From assembly GCA_963813025.1 (NCBI GenBank), contig CAWEXO010000005.1, positions 96,001 through 160,000 of the forward strand: DNA of 64,000 nucleotides. The letters run 5' to 3'. Below the pieces are notes generated by a model that saw nothing but the letters and a program-made list of their open reading frames with translations, searched no databases and had not been told where the DNA came from. The stretch comes from an uncultured Verrucomicrobiae bacterium (GTDB lineage Bacteria; Verrucomicrobiota; Verrucomicrobiia; Chthoniobacterales; JAFAMB01). Numbering within the stretch: position 1 is the first letter of the stretch; each line of letters begins with the position of its first letter. Positions 9,276 to 20,240 of the stretch are shown here, piece after piece. The position numbers and the translations under genes were made by a program.

Positions 9276-10103
9276 TTAGTGCCCGTTAACTGCGTACCGG
9301 AGAGCAGATTCCAGCTCATGACTGGAGAGCTGTCGCTGCACCTCCGGATCTTGGAGAGCGGCAATCACACCGGGATTTGTCAGGATACCGAGAAGATTCC
9401 CCCGCCGGGCTTGCTCGACCAGCGCGGGGTCCGACTGAAGCGCACGGACTTTGGAACTCTGCCACAGAGTTTGGAACCCCGGATATTCCACGAAACGCTC
9501 GATCGCGCGCGGATCGCTCACCAATTGACCGGCGAGCTGAACGTCGCGGTAGACCCAGGCCGGAACGGGATCGATCGCGTCCAGCACAGCTCGACCGACC
9601 CCCAGCTCCATCGAGGCGTCCAGCTTGGCTAGATTACGCACAAGCAGATCCGCCGACTGTCCCTGCAAGGCGGATTGTTCCCGGGCCATCCGGCCGGTAA
9701 TCCGGATCGCAATCGCGGCAAGCCAAAGAAAGATCAGACTAAAGAAAAGACCCAAGACCGCGCCGCCCAGACCGAAAATCAGCCGCGATCCAGCCGAGTC
9801 CAAGTCGCGGGTCCGCTTGAAAAGGATCTTGCCGGCGACCTGAACCGCGGTATACGCCAGGAGCCAAACGCCGAGAAAGGCGACGGGAAACAAAAGAAAG
9901 GCCGGCAGATGAGTGGCTTGCGCCGCGCTCTGAACGGCTACCGGGACACCGAATCGCACGGCAACGGCAGCCGCAATGAGGGCAACGGGTATAACCAATT
10001 GGCGCAGCAGTCCTTTACCCCATCCGCGGACGATGCTGATCAGCAGCCAAAGGGCAGCCACGATTACCATGACGTGCTGCCACTGTGGTGAGCCCGGTAT
10101 CAT
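9276..10103 (-). CDS. CvpA (colicin V production) family membrane protein
   Basis: '[14 protein letters not shown]', four or five TM segments, '[13 protein letters not shown]'. Confidence 0.7.
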   Translation of the reverse strand: MIPGSPQWQHVMVIVAALWLLISIVRGWGKGLLRQLVIPVALIAAAVAVRFGVPVAVQSAAQATHLPAFLLFPVAFLGVWLLAYTAVQVAGKILFKRTRDLDSAGSRLIFGLGGAVLGLFFSLIFLWLAAIAIRITGRMAREQSALQGQSADLLVRNLAKLDASMELGVGRAVLDAIDPVPAWVYRDVQLAGQLVSDPRAIERFVEYPGFQTLWQSSKVRALQSDPALVEQARRGNLLGILTNPGVIAALQDPEVQRQLSSHELESALRYAVNGH

Positions 10104-11209
10104 GCGCCTGGTTTAGGCGGCGCCGCCGGTATCCCTTGAGCCTGTTGGCGAAGGAAGTGGTCGCAAAGGACCAGATAACTCATCGCCTCGATAATTGGAA
10201 CGGCACGCGGAACGACGCAGGGGTCGTGCCGCCCACGCGCCGCAATTTCCGTTTCCGAAAGATCGGTCGTGACGGTTTTCTGAGATCTCAGAATGGTCGC
10301 GGTCGGCTTGAGAGCAACTCGGAAAAAGATGGTTTCACCATTGCTGATCCCACCCTGGATGCCACCGGAGAAGTTGGTCTGTGTGCGGATACGGTTCTCT
10401 CGGATCTCAAAGAGGTCGTTGTGCTCAGCCCCGGTCAACTCCGTGCCGGCAAAACCGGACCCAATTTCAAACCCCTTGGTCGCGGGAATACTGAGCATCG
10501 CTTTGGCCAGATCGGCCTCCAGCTTGTCAAATACGGGCTCGCCCAATCCTGGAGGAACTCCTACAATGACGCACTCGATCGTTCCTCCAACGGAGTTTCC
10601 TTCTTTGCGCATGTTTTTGATCAAGTCGACCATTCGCTCGGACGCGACCGAGTCCGGACACCGGACAATCGATTGCTCGACTTCTGCGCGTCCAACTCTC
10701 TCCGGATCGATTTGAGCGACAATCCGATGCACGCTCTTGACGTAGGCGATCGCGGTCAGGTCCGGGAGATGCTGGGCAAGCACCTTTCGAGCTACCGCGC
10801 CGGCCGCAACCCGTCCGATGGTCTCTCGCGCCGAGGCGCGCCCCCCGCCCTGCCAGTTTCGGATCCCGAACTTAGCCTGGTAGGTATAGTCGGCGTGCGA
10901 CGGTCGAAAAGTGTTTTTCATCTCCCGGTAAGCTTCGGGCCGGGCATCGGTATTCTTGACCAGGATTGAAATAGGCGTGCCGAGAGTCAGCCCCTCAAAG
11001 ATGCCGGAAAGGATCTGACAACGATCCGCTTCGGCTCGTGGCGAGACGATCTCGCTCTGGCCGGGACGGCGCCGATCGAGCTCTACCTGAATCTCTTGTT
11101 CGGTGATCGCTACCAGCGGCGGACAACCATCGATGACCACCCCGACCCCGCCACCGTGTGACTCGCCCCAGGTGGCAACGCGGAACACAAGACCAAACTG
11201 AGAAGACAT
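10100..11209 (-). CDS. aroC: Chorismate synthase
   Basis: 'GESHG', 'RPSHAD', '[10 protein letters not shown]', '[10 protein letters not shown]', 'RHDPC'. Confidence 0.98.
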   Translation of the reverse strand: MSSQFGLVFRVATWGESHGGGVGVVIDGCPPLVAITEQEIQVELDRRRPGQSEIVSPRAEADRCQILSGIFEGLTLGTPISILVKNTDARPEAYREMKNTFRPSHADYTYQAKFGIRNWQGGGRASARETIGRVAAGAVARKVLAQHLPDLTAIAYVKSVHRIVAQIDPERVGRAEVEQSIVRCPDSVASERMVDLIKNMRKEGNSVGGTIECVIVGVPPGLGEPVFDKLEADLAKAMLSIPATKGFEIGSGFAGTELTGAEHNDLFEIRENRIRTQTNFSGGIQGGISNGETIFFRVALKPTATILRSQKTVTTDLSETEIAARGRHDPCVVPRAVPIIEAMSYLVLCDHFLRQQAQGIPAAPPKPGA

Positions 11210-11571
11210 GATGCTCAGCATCGCCATATGCTCGCCGTGAGCAACTCACAAGAACAAAGAACGGAAAGCGGGGTCGCTTTCCGTTCTGACCATCTCGAGT
11301 TAGCAGACTGCGGAAATTCGCCATCGACGAAATCCTCCCCGATGATGTCTGGCAGAACGAGCGCGGCGGCCAGGTAGATACTGATCGCTTGCAGGAGGAT
11401 CACGAGTCTCCTGACATAGGGTTGTCACAAGAGGTTGCTACTTGGAGAAAAACCAGTGCTGACCGGGCAGGCAGAAATTGCCGAACATCCACGAGCAGCT
11501 TTCGACGTAGAAGCTGTAATTGAAGGATTTCGGTCGGCTTTTGACACCGCCTTGGAGGAAAACGACATATT

Positions 11572-12737
11572 ATGACGATGATTGCTTTAAACACACTCAG
11601 GGTTCCCGAGACTTTTCCGTCGTTCAGCTTGTCTCGACTGCTAAAAACTGTGTTTCGACCGCGCGCGGGCGAACGAGTGGCTTTGCTGATCGATTTGCCA
11701 AATCCCCGAGAGATCAACGATTTTGCATTTCTGAAGGACAGCTCGCGGACAACGCAACGGCTGGCGTACGAAGTCTTTTATAATGGGCTGCGCAACGGCG
11801 TCTTGGATGACTTGAAACTGACGGGTGGCGATCTGTTCGCTTATGAGATTACCGGCGGAAGTAACCTGGATCTGCCGGATGAAGCCTTCGCCATCGATGG
11901 AACAGAGATCAGCCTGGAAAAGGACGTTTATCCCAACTACGACCTTATCCTTTGCCTCTCAACGTTCTCTGCCACCGCGCCTTTGACGGCTTTTGCCAAA
12001 CGTTACAAATTCCGGGGCGCGACTCTGCATGGTTTGAACGAAACAATCTTGCGCACGGGATTGGCAGTTGATTACGAGCAGGTAAGCCGAAGCGCCGAGA
12101 AGCTTCGTCTGGGTATGACCAAGGCTGATTGGGTGGAGATCGACTTCGCGGTTGGCCGGCGAGCATTACACTCTGCGGCTTGAGCTCGGGCAGACAGGAA
12201 GCCCAGAAAAGCCATGGACTCTGTCGGGGCGGACCGGATGTAGCGAACCTTCCGGCCGGAGAGATTTACTTCGTACCAAAAAGCGCATCGGGAGCATTTC
12301 CACTGAAGTACGAGGATGGAACAATTGCGGTCATGGCCGTGCGCGGTGGCCGCATTGTCGAAGCGAAGCTGCTTTCGGGCACCCAGCAAGTAGTCGACGA
12401 GCACGTCGCCAGGCTGAAGTCGGACCCGGCAACCGGCGAGATTGGTGAACTCGGCTTCGGAACCCAACTGCTCCCGCCTTCCGGAAAAGACATTCAAGAC
12501 GAAAAGATTCTCGGCACCATGCACGTGGCAACGGGGCGAAGCGATCATTTAGGCGGACACCTTACTCCCGACAAGTTTTCCAATCGGAAAAATGCGACAC
12601 ATGATGATATCCTGTTCGCGCCCGAAAAAACTCCCGAGATCAACGTGCCACAGGTGCGGATGCATCGTGATGGCCGGACCGAGATTCTGATCGAGAACTT
12701 TGTGCCCGCGGAATACATGGCAGCACTGCTCGAGTGA
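11572..12737 (+). CDS. M29-like metallo-aminopeptidase, split by two close indels (about 12155-12195)
   Basis: The reading passes through three frames (..DFAVG / GEHYTLRLELG / QEAQKSHG..). Motifs 'NLPAGEIY', 'GELGFG', 'DEKILGTMHVATG', 'HDDI'. Confidence 0.75.
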
Positions 12738-12811
12738 ATTGCGCGCGCCCAAAAGCACGGATATCGGCCTAATCCGCGTGCCCCTGCGGGCTTGCTTCGA
12801 CAGCAACGCAA

Positions 12812-13601
12812 ATGAGCAAAAGTCCGAACCGCCCGACGGAAGCTCAGACGAAGCTCGGTTATGAAACAGAGTCTGTTCTGCAAACCTACCTATTGTTTCA
12901 CTATGGTGACGCCGAGGAACAGCTCCTTTGGTCATTTGGACCGCGCGAAGCGCTGTTTTACCCGGTCCGTTGTGTCGAGGAGTTTGCACCTGGTCTCGGC
13001 ACCATCGGACGGGCTCTCGATCTCGGCTGCGCCGTCGGACGCTCCACGTTTGAGCTGACTCGATTCAGCGAGAGCGTGATCGGCATCGATCTTTCCCGGC
13101 GATTTATCGAAGCGGCAGAGGAGATCCGGCAGCGAGGTTCCATCACAATAAGACGGACACTGGAGGGCCATCGGGTCCAGATCAGCACTCACAAACTTGC
13201 GTCGGCGATTGACCGCGACCGTTGCCGTTTCGAAGTGGGCGATGCTTTGCATCTCCGGAAAGACCTTGGACGTTTCGATTTCGTTGTGGCCGCAAATCTA
13301 CTGGACCGTCTTCAGATCCTCGGGGACTCCTGCGAACACTGGCCGGCCTGACCTCTCCGGGCGGGCATTGCCTGGTCTCGTCGCCGTACACCTGGCTGGA
13401 GGAGTTTACGCCAGACTACCAATTGGCTCGGAGCAGGCTCGGAAGACGGACATCGGCACCTGGCCGGCTCTCCAGGCGGAAATGCGGGGATGTTTTGATC
13501 TCGTCCAGGTCAGGGATCTGCCGTTTCTCATCAGCGAAACTACGCGGAAGTACCAATGGTCTGTAGCTCAGGCCAGTCTTTGGCAAAGAAGGAGCTCGTA
13601 G
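12812..13601 (+). CDS. SAM methyltransferase resembling the OvoA C-terminal (mercaptohistidine N-methyltransferase) domain; two indels
   Basis: 'YETESVLQTYLLFHYG', 'ALDLGCAVGRSTFEL', 'ANLLDRL', 'SPYTWLEEFTP' and 'PFLISETTRKYQW' are spread over three frames. Confidence 0.78.
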
Positions 13602-13610
13602 CCTGCAGCG

Positions 13611-13895
13611 TTTTCCTCAGCGTAGCGCGGACGGCCTCTCGTCCGTACCTTGGCCTACGCTGCTTGACCTCTTGCGTTTTGGATCACATCTCGATCTGGA
13701 TGAATAGGCCACCTCCGCAAGGCTACGGCGCGTACTTACAGGTTTCCAAAGTCCGACAGGCCCAGCCTCGTCCGTACTGGGGTGGCTGCGCCGCACGTCG
13801 CGCAGATCCTTGGACCGATGCGTTGGAGAAAGACGCACTCCTCCTCGGTCACGTACCAAATACGGACGAGGCCGTCCGCGCTACGCTGAGGAAAA
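13611..13895. repeat. REP-like doublet (inverted GTAG-footed hairpins)
   Basis: TTTTCCTCAGCGTAGCGCGGACGGCCTC(TC)GTCCGTA at 13611 and its reverse complement at 13861-13895. A partial third copy lies at 13765. Confidence 0.9.
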
Positions 13896-13906
13896 GCGCT
13901 GGAGGC

Positions 13907-14491
13907 TCAAGGGACGACCTGCACCGGCACAACCTGTCGCATCCGGTCGTATCCAACGACAAAAGCCTCGAGTTGATAGGTACGGCCGGCAACCAGATCC
14001 CTGGTCGACAGAGCCCCAATAAACTCAGCCCGCTCCTGCGGATTGATAATCACATACCCGGGATTTTGGGTGACCGGCTGATCGTCTGACCATTGAACCA
14101 GCCTTTTGCCGCTCGCATCCCGAAGGATGAAGTCGAAATGACGGCTGTCATTAAATCGAAGATTGACGGTCTTTCTCGTCCGGTTAATCAGCAGCAAATG
14201 CGCCTCAATTGAATGCACCTGCGAGATCCGGACAACGTCCGGGTTCAGCTGCACCCGCATTTCCAATCCGTAGTAAACCGGCCCGATGATTGGACCGAAC
14301 GCGGAATATTTGGATGGCTTAATCGGTCCAGGAACCCTTCCGGCCGGGGTTGGGTGCTTATGGCCGGCAAACGGCACCCATCGATAAACGCCGCTCGACG
14401 AACAGCCGGCAAGCGCGATATAGATTATCGAGAGAAGGGTGACGCGGAAATTCATGGGAGACCGTTTACCGGAAGCGCCCGGTCCATGCAA
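13907..14491 (-). CDS. Lipoprotein with BsuPI-like (proteinase inhibitor) domain
   Basis: Lipobox 'ALAGC'; 'NRTRKTVNLRFNDSRHFDFILRDASGKRLVQWSDDQ'. Confidence 0.65.
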   Translation of the reverse strand: MHGPGASGKRSPMNFRVTLLSIIYIALAGCSSSGVYRWVPFAGHKHPTPAGRVPGPIKPSKYSAFGPIIGPVYYGLEMRVQLNPDVVRISQVHSIEAHLLLINRTRKTVNLRFNDSRHFDFILRDASGKRLVQWSDDQPVTQNPGYVIINPQERAEFIGALSTRDLVAGRTYQLEAFVVGYDRMRQVVPVQVVP

Positions 14492-14523
14492 ATTCTAAGT
14501 GCTTGTTTCCCAAGGCATTCGGC

Positions 14524-15294
14524 CTAAAACAATCCGGTGACGGCGGGATCTGGCAGGTCCCATTTTTGCCACAGGGCCAGATATTCGGACCGAGGAAGGC
14601 AAGCGTAATGGGGATTTTCCGCCGCGCGCATCCAGCGAATCAACGAGATGAGATCCTGCTCGGCCATCGTCGTACATCCGGCGGAGGGTCGATCTGGTCC
14701 GCGGCGGATATGGAAAAAAATCGCGCTGCCATAGCCAGGGATGGGAGGATCAGCATTGTGCAGGATCTCAATTAGCCAGCGATAAGCAAAGTCGCCCTGC
14801 CGCATCCTCGCCTTGGAAAACCAGGCCGGCGGATTTGCCGGATCGACCAGGACATGGCGATTATAGTCGGGGCTGGCCACGTCGTCGACCCATGCATCCG
14901 CTGCACCAACTGTACGAAAAGGGTAGTCGGCGCCGGGAGGCAAAGCCTGATCGTAGGTGTAAATCAGGCCGATTTTAAACACCCCTGCTGGCGCGCGATT
15001 GTCGTGTTCGACCTTGATCGGACCTGTGCCTCGGCCGGTCAGTACACCGCGGCCCCAGGCAAGTCCATGTCTGCCGAAAAGCACTGGTACAGGTCGTCCG
15101 ACTGGTTTCCATTCCTGAGAAGCGCGCCCGAAGCGCTGCAGGACTCCATGCATCCCATTCCAGGTTGGATCGATTCCAACGATGAGCTGACGAACCGAAG
15201 AATCCAGGCGGTCCTCAGCATTTGTCGCGACCACGAGAAAAAGGAGAACGGCAAGGGATGCCAATACTTTCACGGCGAGCACAGTAGCCTGCAT
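14524..15294 (-). CDS. L,D-transpeptidase (YkuD-like) family protein
   Basis: Signal peptide, 'RAPAGVF', 'GSAIFFHI...SAGC'. Confidence 0.85.
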   Translation of the reverse strand: MQATVLAVKVLASLAVLLFLVVATNAEDRLDSSVRQLIVGIDPTWNGMHGVLQRFGRASQEWKPVGRPVPVLFGRHGLAWGRGVLTGRGTGPIKVEHDNRAPAGVFKIGLIYTYDQALPPGADYPFRTVGAADAWVDDVASPDYNRHVLVDPANPPAWFSKARMRQGDFAYRWLIEILHNADPPIPGYGSAIFFHIRRGPDRPSAGCTTMAEQDLISLIRWMRAAENPHYACLPRSEYLALWQKWDLPDPAVTGLF

Positions 15295-15413
15295 TGCTCG
15301 TCGGGCCTAGGCCCGACGAGCAATGCAGACTGTTGCATCACCATGAGAGCCAGTTGCGGGGCCGAGCTGATCATGCGGTTATTAGCGCCGAACGATCCCG
15401 CCTTTTTACCTCT

Positions 15414-16436
15414 ATGACACAATCTATTGCGCAGAAGGTTCGGCTCGCAATCGTCGGCGCTGGCGACATCTCGGTCGCACATGCCGAAGGGATCAAGGCT
15501 AACGGCGATGCCTTGGAGTGCGTTGCGCTGTGTGACATTTCAGAAGACAACTTGCGAGCGAGAAGCCAGCAACTCGGCGGCGTGGCGCTCAAATTCAATG
15601 ATTGGAACACGATGTTGCAACAGGCCGGCGATAAGATTGACGCCGTGATTATCTGTCTCCCTCATCATTTACACGCACCGGCCATCCTGGACGCGACCCG
15701 AGCCGGCAAACACGTCCTCTGCGAGAAACCGATGTGTATCAATCTGAAAGAGGCGGACAGCATACTCGAAGCGGTTGCGCAAAGCGGAATCATCTATATG
15801 TCGGCCCACAATCAGCTTTTCGATCCAGTCGTCCAGGAAGCGAAACGCTGGATCGACCAAGGCCGGATTGGCGCGCTCCGCTGGGTCCGATCCCAGGATT
15901 GTTTCATTCCGGCGGGCGAAGGTCGCTCCTTCCATGGCAAATGGCGAGCTCAGCGTGAGTTTCAGGGCGGCGGAGAGCTGATCGACACGGGTTACCATCC
16001 CTCTTACCGGCTGCTCTATCTGGTGGGTGCGCCCGTGGCGGCGGTCCGTGGAACGATGGGGCGTTTTGAACAGCAAATTGAAGGTGAAGATACTGCCTCA
16101 GTCCAAGTTCGTTTTGCCAATGGTGTTATCGGCGAGCTTCTGAGCTCATGGGCGATGGATCCTCCGTACGGATCTCATCAGATTCATGCGTGCGGGGATC
16201 AGGGTCAGATCTTTGGCACTGGAAACGAGCTGTTTTTCCTGCCGCGGGGATTTCAACAACCAGCCAAAATGCAGTTGCCCCAGATCCGGAGTTTCAATGC
16301 CCAAGTCGCTCACTTCGGTGAATGCATCAGAAATCGGCGACGGCCGATCCACTCAGCGGAAGAAGGCCGAGCGGTGCTGCAATTGATTCTCGAGGCCAGC
16401 GAAAACGCGGAAGGCTGGCAAAAGACGGCCCGCTGA
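15414..16436 (+). CDS. Gfo/Idh/MocA oxidoreductase
   Basis: 'IVGAGDI', 'GKHVLCEKP', 'GGGELIDTGYH'. Confidence 0.93.
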   Translation: MTQSIAQKVRLAIVGAGDISVAHAEGIKANGDALECVALCDISEDNLRARSQQLGGVALKFNDWNTMLQQAGDKIDAVIICLPHHLHAPAILDATRAGKHVLCEKPMCINLKEADSILEAVAQSGIIYMSAHNQLFDPVVQEAKRWIDQGRIGALRWVRSQDCFIPAGEGRSFHGKWRAQREFQGGGELIDTGYHPSYRLLYLVGAPVAAVRGTMGRFEQQIEGEDTASVQVRFANGVIGELLSSWAMDPPYGSHQIHACGDQGQIFGTGNELFFLPRGFQQPAKMQLPQIRSFNAQVAHFGECIRNRRRPIHSAEEGRAVLQLILEASENAEGWQKTAR

Positions 16437-16508
16437 TCTCGACCTGATTTGGCCTGGAACTGGTTCTTCCAGACTTGAACCTCTATACCGCAGCGGGCAT
16501 GTTTCGGT

Positions 16509-17327
16509 ATGCTGGATAAATCCCGAGCCGCGCTCGTCCTGGTTGGACACGGTTCGACGACAAATCCGGATTCGAGTACTCCGACATTCGCTCATGCCGA
16601 GACAATCCGAAAGCGAGTAGTCTTTGCGGAAGTCCATTGCGCCTTCTGGAAAGAAGAACCGAGTCTGCGTGAGGTTCTGCGGATGGTTGATTCAGACGAG
16701 ATCTATGTGGTTCCCAATTTTATCAGCGAAGGTTATTTCACGGAGAAAGTCATTCCGCGTGAACTCGGGCTGAACGGGGCAATTACCCGGCTTGGGCGCA
16801 AAACGGTCTGTTATTGCGAGCCGGTCGGCAACGATTCCCGAATGGTGGATCTGCTGCTAGGCCGAGCCAGGGAAGTCGCTTCTGATCTGCCGCTCGCCCG
16901 GTCGTCGTTGCTCATCGCGGGGCACGGAACGAGCCTGAATGAAAATTCAGCGGTCGCGGTAAAACGCCAGGTTGAGCTCATTCGTAAACGCGGCATTTTT
17001 GCCGAGGTGCTTGCGGTATATATGGAGGAGGAACCGAAGATTGAGCACTGGGATGCTCTCAGCGAGCAGCCATTCATCGTGGTCGTACCGTTCTTCATTT
17101 CCGACGGCCTCCACAGTTATGAAGACATCCCGGTGCTGCTGGGGATTTCGCAGAAGTCAAAGAGCGCAGCCAGTCAGCAGGAAGTTTTTCACCGAAATCC
17201 TTACCGGCTCCGCGGACGCACACTTTTCTACGCTAAGGCGATCGGCACCGCGCCGATGATGGCGGACATCATCCTTTCGACGGTGGAGCGTTTCGATGCC
17301 GAGCACCAGCTATCTGCGGCAAGGTGA
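16509..17327 (+). CDS. CbiX/SirB-like chelatase-domain protein
   Basis: Two 'GHG' repeats, 'FWKEEP', 'VVPFFISDGLHSYEDIP'. Confidence 0.85.
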   Translation: MLDKSRAALVLVGHGSTTNPDSSTPTFAHAETIRKRVVFAEVHCAFWKEEPSLREVLRMVDSDEIYVVPNFISEGYFTEKVIPRELGLNGAITRLGRKTVCYCEPVGNDSRMVDLLLGRAREVASDLPLARSSLLIAGHGTSLNENSAVAVKRQVELIRKRGIFAEVLAVYMEEEPKIEHWDALSEQPFIVVVPFFISDGLHSYEDIPVLLGISQKSKSAASQQEVFHRNPYRLRGRTLFYAKAIGTAPMMADIILSTVERFDAEHQLSAAR

Positions 17328-17965
17328 TCATCGACGCCTTTGAACAGCGGTTGCGCACCGGATCCTTAACGGTTGCGCAAGTGGTTGCCCAACGAACGAC
17401 GGATGGCGCGTTCGAATTAAGGCATCGCGCTGACATTGGCAGGCCAACGGCGGAACTGACTGTTTTTCGGTCCGCCGAAAAAGCTCACGAAATCGCCCGC
17501 TTCGATGCAAGCGGTGCTTATCGTCCACTGAAAGGCGCGCCCACACTCGTCCGTGGATGGTGCTTGCTTCTGGATAGCCCGCGAGACGCTCTGCAGGCGC
17601 TCGACTACTTGTATCCGGGGGCTTTCGCGAGCTGGATTCGTTTTTGCGCGGGCCAGGTCATCCCGGTACCGTTGCGAGAAACACTGGGGCGCCAATCCGG
17701 CCTGTACCGGGTCACCCAAAAAGCGACGGACGATCAGGCAAACGGATTAATTGGAAGATTCTGCAGCTCTTCCGGCGGTTGTCTGCGGACCATCGTCTGG
17801 ACAATTGAACCCGGGAAATCGATTCGCTCCTTACCCGACTCTAAATTCGATACCGCGAAGGACCAGGCGGGCGACCGAACCGACTCAATCCCTTTCCTTT
17901 GCGTGGAGGCGTGTAATCTGCTCGTTGCAGAACTTCGAAAAGTCGTCAAAGCAGTTAAACGATGA
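17324..17965 (+). CDS. DR2241-family putative 4Fe-4S protein
   Basis: 'GAYRPLKGAPTLVRGW', 'DYLYPGA', and four Cys in 'FCSSSGGCLR...CVEACN'. Confidence 0.78.
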   Translation: MIIDAFEQRLRTGSLTVAQVVAQRTTDGAFELRHRADIGRPTAELTVFRSAEKAHEIARFDASGAYRPLKGAPTLVRGWCLLLDSPRDALQALDYLYPGAFASWIRFCAGQVIPVPLRETLGRQSGLYRVTQKATDDQANGLIGRFCSSSGGCLRTIVWTIEPGKSIRSLPDSKFDTAKDQAGDRTDSIPFLCVEACNLLVAELRKVVKAVKR

Positions 17966-19185
17966 CACTATTTCGGTGCCGAACACTCCTCCCGATGGAC
18001 GGTTCGCCGATTCAGGAAGGGGCCTTCGTGGTCAAGGGCAACCGATTCGAAGCCGTGGGAGCGGCAGACGATCTGCTGCCGACCCATACCGGACCGGTGG
18101 TCGATCTGGGACCGGGGATCGTGCTGCCTGGTCTCATCAATGCGCATTGCCATCTCGAGTACAGCTTGATGCGGGGAGCGATCTTGCCGTCCCGAAGCTT
18201 TGCGAACTGGGTGAGACGGGTCAACGGCTTGAAACGAGAGTTTTCCGATGAGGACTATCTGCGCGGCATCGAATTTGGCCTGGCTGAATTACGAAAAAAC
18301 GGAATCACCTCGGTTTTCAATATTCTCGCGGCACCGCAAGTCTTGCCTCGCCTGCCGAGGCCGCCAATTCGGACTTGGCATTTTCTTGAGCTAATTGATG
18401 TCCGTCCCAGGCCGTGGGCGGACGATTATGCCTTCGGGTTCTGGTTGTGCCTCAACCAACCAGCCGACGATCTGCAGGCTTACGGCCTCAGTCCGCATGC
18501 TCCCTATACTGCCTCACGCGAGCTGTTTCAAATCGCGCGCACGTTCGCGGCCAAATTTAGCTTACCCTGTACGGTGCACGTTGCCGAGTCGCAGGAAGAG
18601 TACGCGATGTTTGCTTCAGCAAAAGGAGCTTTGTTTGAGTTCTTGAGCAACCTTGGTCGACCCATGGGTGATTGTGGCCGAACATCTCCTTTTCGCCGGC
18701 TTGCGCAGGAAGATCTGTTGAGCGAGCAGAGCATTCTCGTGCACATGAACGAACTCGACGAGGAAGACTTTGCCTGGTTCGAGCGCGCCGAATGGAAGGA
18801 TGTTCGGATTGTACACTGCCCAAAGAGCCACCGCTTTCTGCATCATCGAGTTTTTCCTATGGAGCGGCTTCGCCAGCTCGGAATCAAAGTGTCGCTGGGA
18901 ACGGACAGCCTGGCCAGCAACGACTCGCTCAACCTTTTCTCGGAAATGCGCGTGGCGAGGCGCAATTATCCATCGCTAACTCCGGAAGATTTGCTTAAGA
19001 TGTGCACGCTCCATCCGGCACGCGCTATCGGGATGGAGCATTGTCTGGGCAAGATTGCGCCGGGTTATTTCGCGGACGCCATCCTTGTTCCGGCAGCAAA
19101 CGACGTAAAGCATGTGTACGAGACAGTGGTGGAAAACCGGCAACCAATCCGATGGATGATGGTAAACGGAGCTTTGGCGGTGTGA
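17962..19185 (+). CDS. Metal-dependent amidohydrolase (possible aminodeoxyfutalosine/nucleoside deaminase)
   Basis: 'PGLINAHCHLE', 'SPHAPYT', 'HVAES', 'LGTDSLASN'. Confidence 0.85.
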   Translation: MTLFRCRTLLPMDGSPIQEGAFVVKGNRFEAVGAADDLLPTHTGPVVDLGPGIVLPGLINAHCHLEYSLMRGAILPSRSFANWVRRVNGLKREFSDEDYLRGIEFGLAELRKNGITSVFNILAAPQVLPRLPRPPIRTWHFLELIDVRPRPWADDYAFGFWLCLNQPADDLQAYGLSPHAPYTASRELFQIARTFAAKFSLPCTVHVAESQEEYAMFASAKGALFEFLSNLGRPMGDCGRTSPFRRLAQEDLLSEQSILVHMNELDEEDFAWFERAEWKDVRIVHCPKSHRFLHHRVFPMERLRQLGIKVSLGTDSLASNDSLNLFSEMRVARRNYPSLTPEDLLKMCTLHPARAIGMEHCLGKIAPGYFADAILVPAANDVKHVYETVVENRQPIRWMMVNGALAV

Positions 19186-20072
19186 TCTTTTTCTGGTGCG
19201 CGCTGCTCCTGGGGATTTTTCCGGGCAGCAGCGTTGCTCAGGAAATGCCAAAATTGGCTGCGGCTGGCGCGATCGTAATTGATTCGCTGACCGGACAAGT
19301 CCTTTACGCCAAAAATGAGGACGCGCGGGAGTACCCGGCCAGCTCCACCAAAATTCTGACCGCGCTTTTGGTGATCGAGGCGGGGGATCTGGACAAGATA
19401 GTCAACATTGGATTGGCGGATACAAAAGTGGAACCGAGCTGCCTCGACTTGGTTCCAGGCGAACAGTACACGCGTCGGCAACTGCTTTACGGGCTGCTCC
19501 TGAAAAGTGCCAACGACGTGGCGATGGCCCTGGCCAGGGACAATGCTGGCTCGGTTCCGGCGTTTGCCGAAAAGATGAACCGGCGAGCCGCGGAACTCGG
19601 AGCCACTTCAAGTCATTTCACGAACCCGCATGGATTGCACGATGCCGATCATTACACTACCGCTCATGATTTGGCGCTTATTGCCCGCGCTGCAATGCAA
19701 CAACCCTGTTTTCGCCAGATCGTCTCGACGATTTATTATCCCTGGAAATCTGGCCACGGGACGGTGTACCAGCTGAGGAATCATAATCGGCTGCTCCGCC
19801 ATTTTGCGGGGTGCAACGGTCTGAAAACCGGATACACCCGAGCCGCGCAACAGGTGCTCGTAAGCTCTGCGCTTCGGGACGGGCATGAAGCCATCTCGGT
19901 GGTACTGCACACCGACAAACCGGGTATATGGAACGACAGCAAGGCGCTCCTGTCGTATGGATTGGTGCGACTCGGGTGTCCCCCTGAATCGATTGTTGAT
20001 ACTACAGATCGGGCGGACGAACCGGAAGAAAAGGAAGACCAGCAGGACAACGCGGCAGGCAGTCGTCAGTGA
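19182..20072 (+). CDS. D-alanyl-D-alanine carboxypeptidase (S11)
   Basis: SxxK (PASSTK), SAN, 'NPHGL', KTG. Confidence 0.95.
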   Translation: MIFFWCALLLGIFPGSSVAQEMPKLAAAGAIVIDSLTGQVLYAKNEDAREYPASSTKILTALLVIEAGDLDKIVNIGLADTKVEPSCLDLVPGEQYTRRQLLYGLLLKSANDVAMALARDNAGSVPAFAEKMNRRAAELGATSSHFTNPHGLHDADHYTTAHDLALIARAAMQQPCFRQIVSTIYYPWKSGHGTVYQLRNHNRLLRHFAGCNGLKTGYTRAAQQVLVSSALRDGHEAISVVLHTDKPGIWNDSKALLSYGLVRLGCPPESIVDTTDRADEPEEKEDQQDNAAGSRQ

Positions 20073-20240
20073 CCCGCTGTCTCAGCGAGGTTCGGCGAGA
20101 AATTTTTTAAACCCACTGAACTTCCCAGAACCAAGGGCACGCTGCGTCACGACCCGAAACAAAACTTTTGGTCAGGTCGCGCTCCGGGTTGCAGGGAGGG
20201 GAGCACGCCCTTAAACTGGCGATTTGCAAAGACTCAAGTC

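Noticed and set aside
11215..11403. Small minus-strand ORF upstream of aroC
   Set aside because: Short, no motif, and no independent support.
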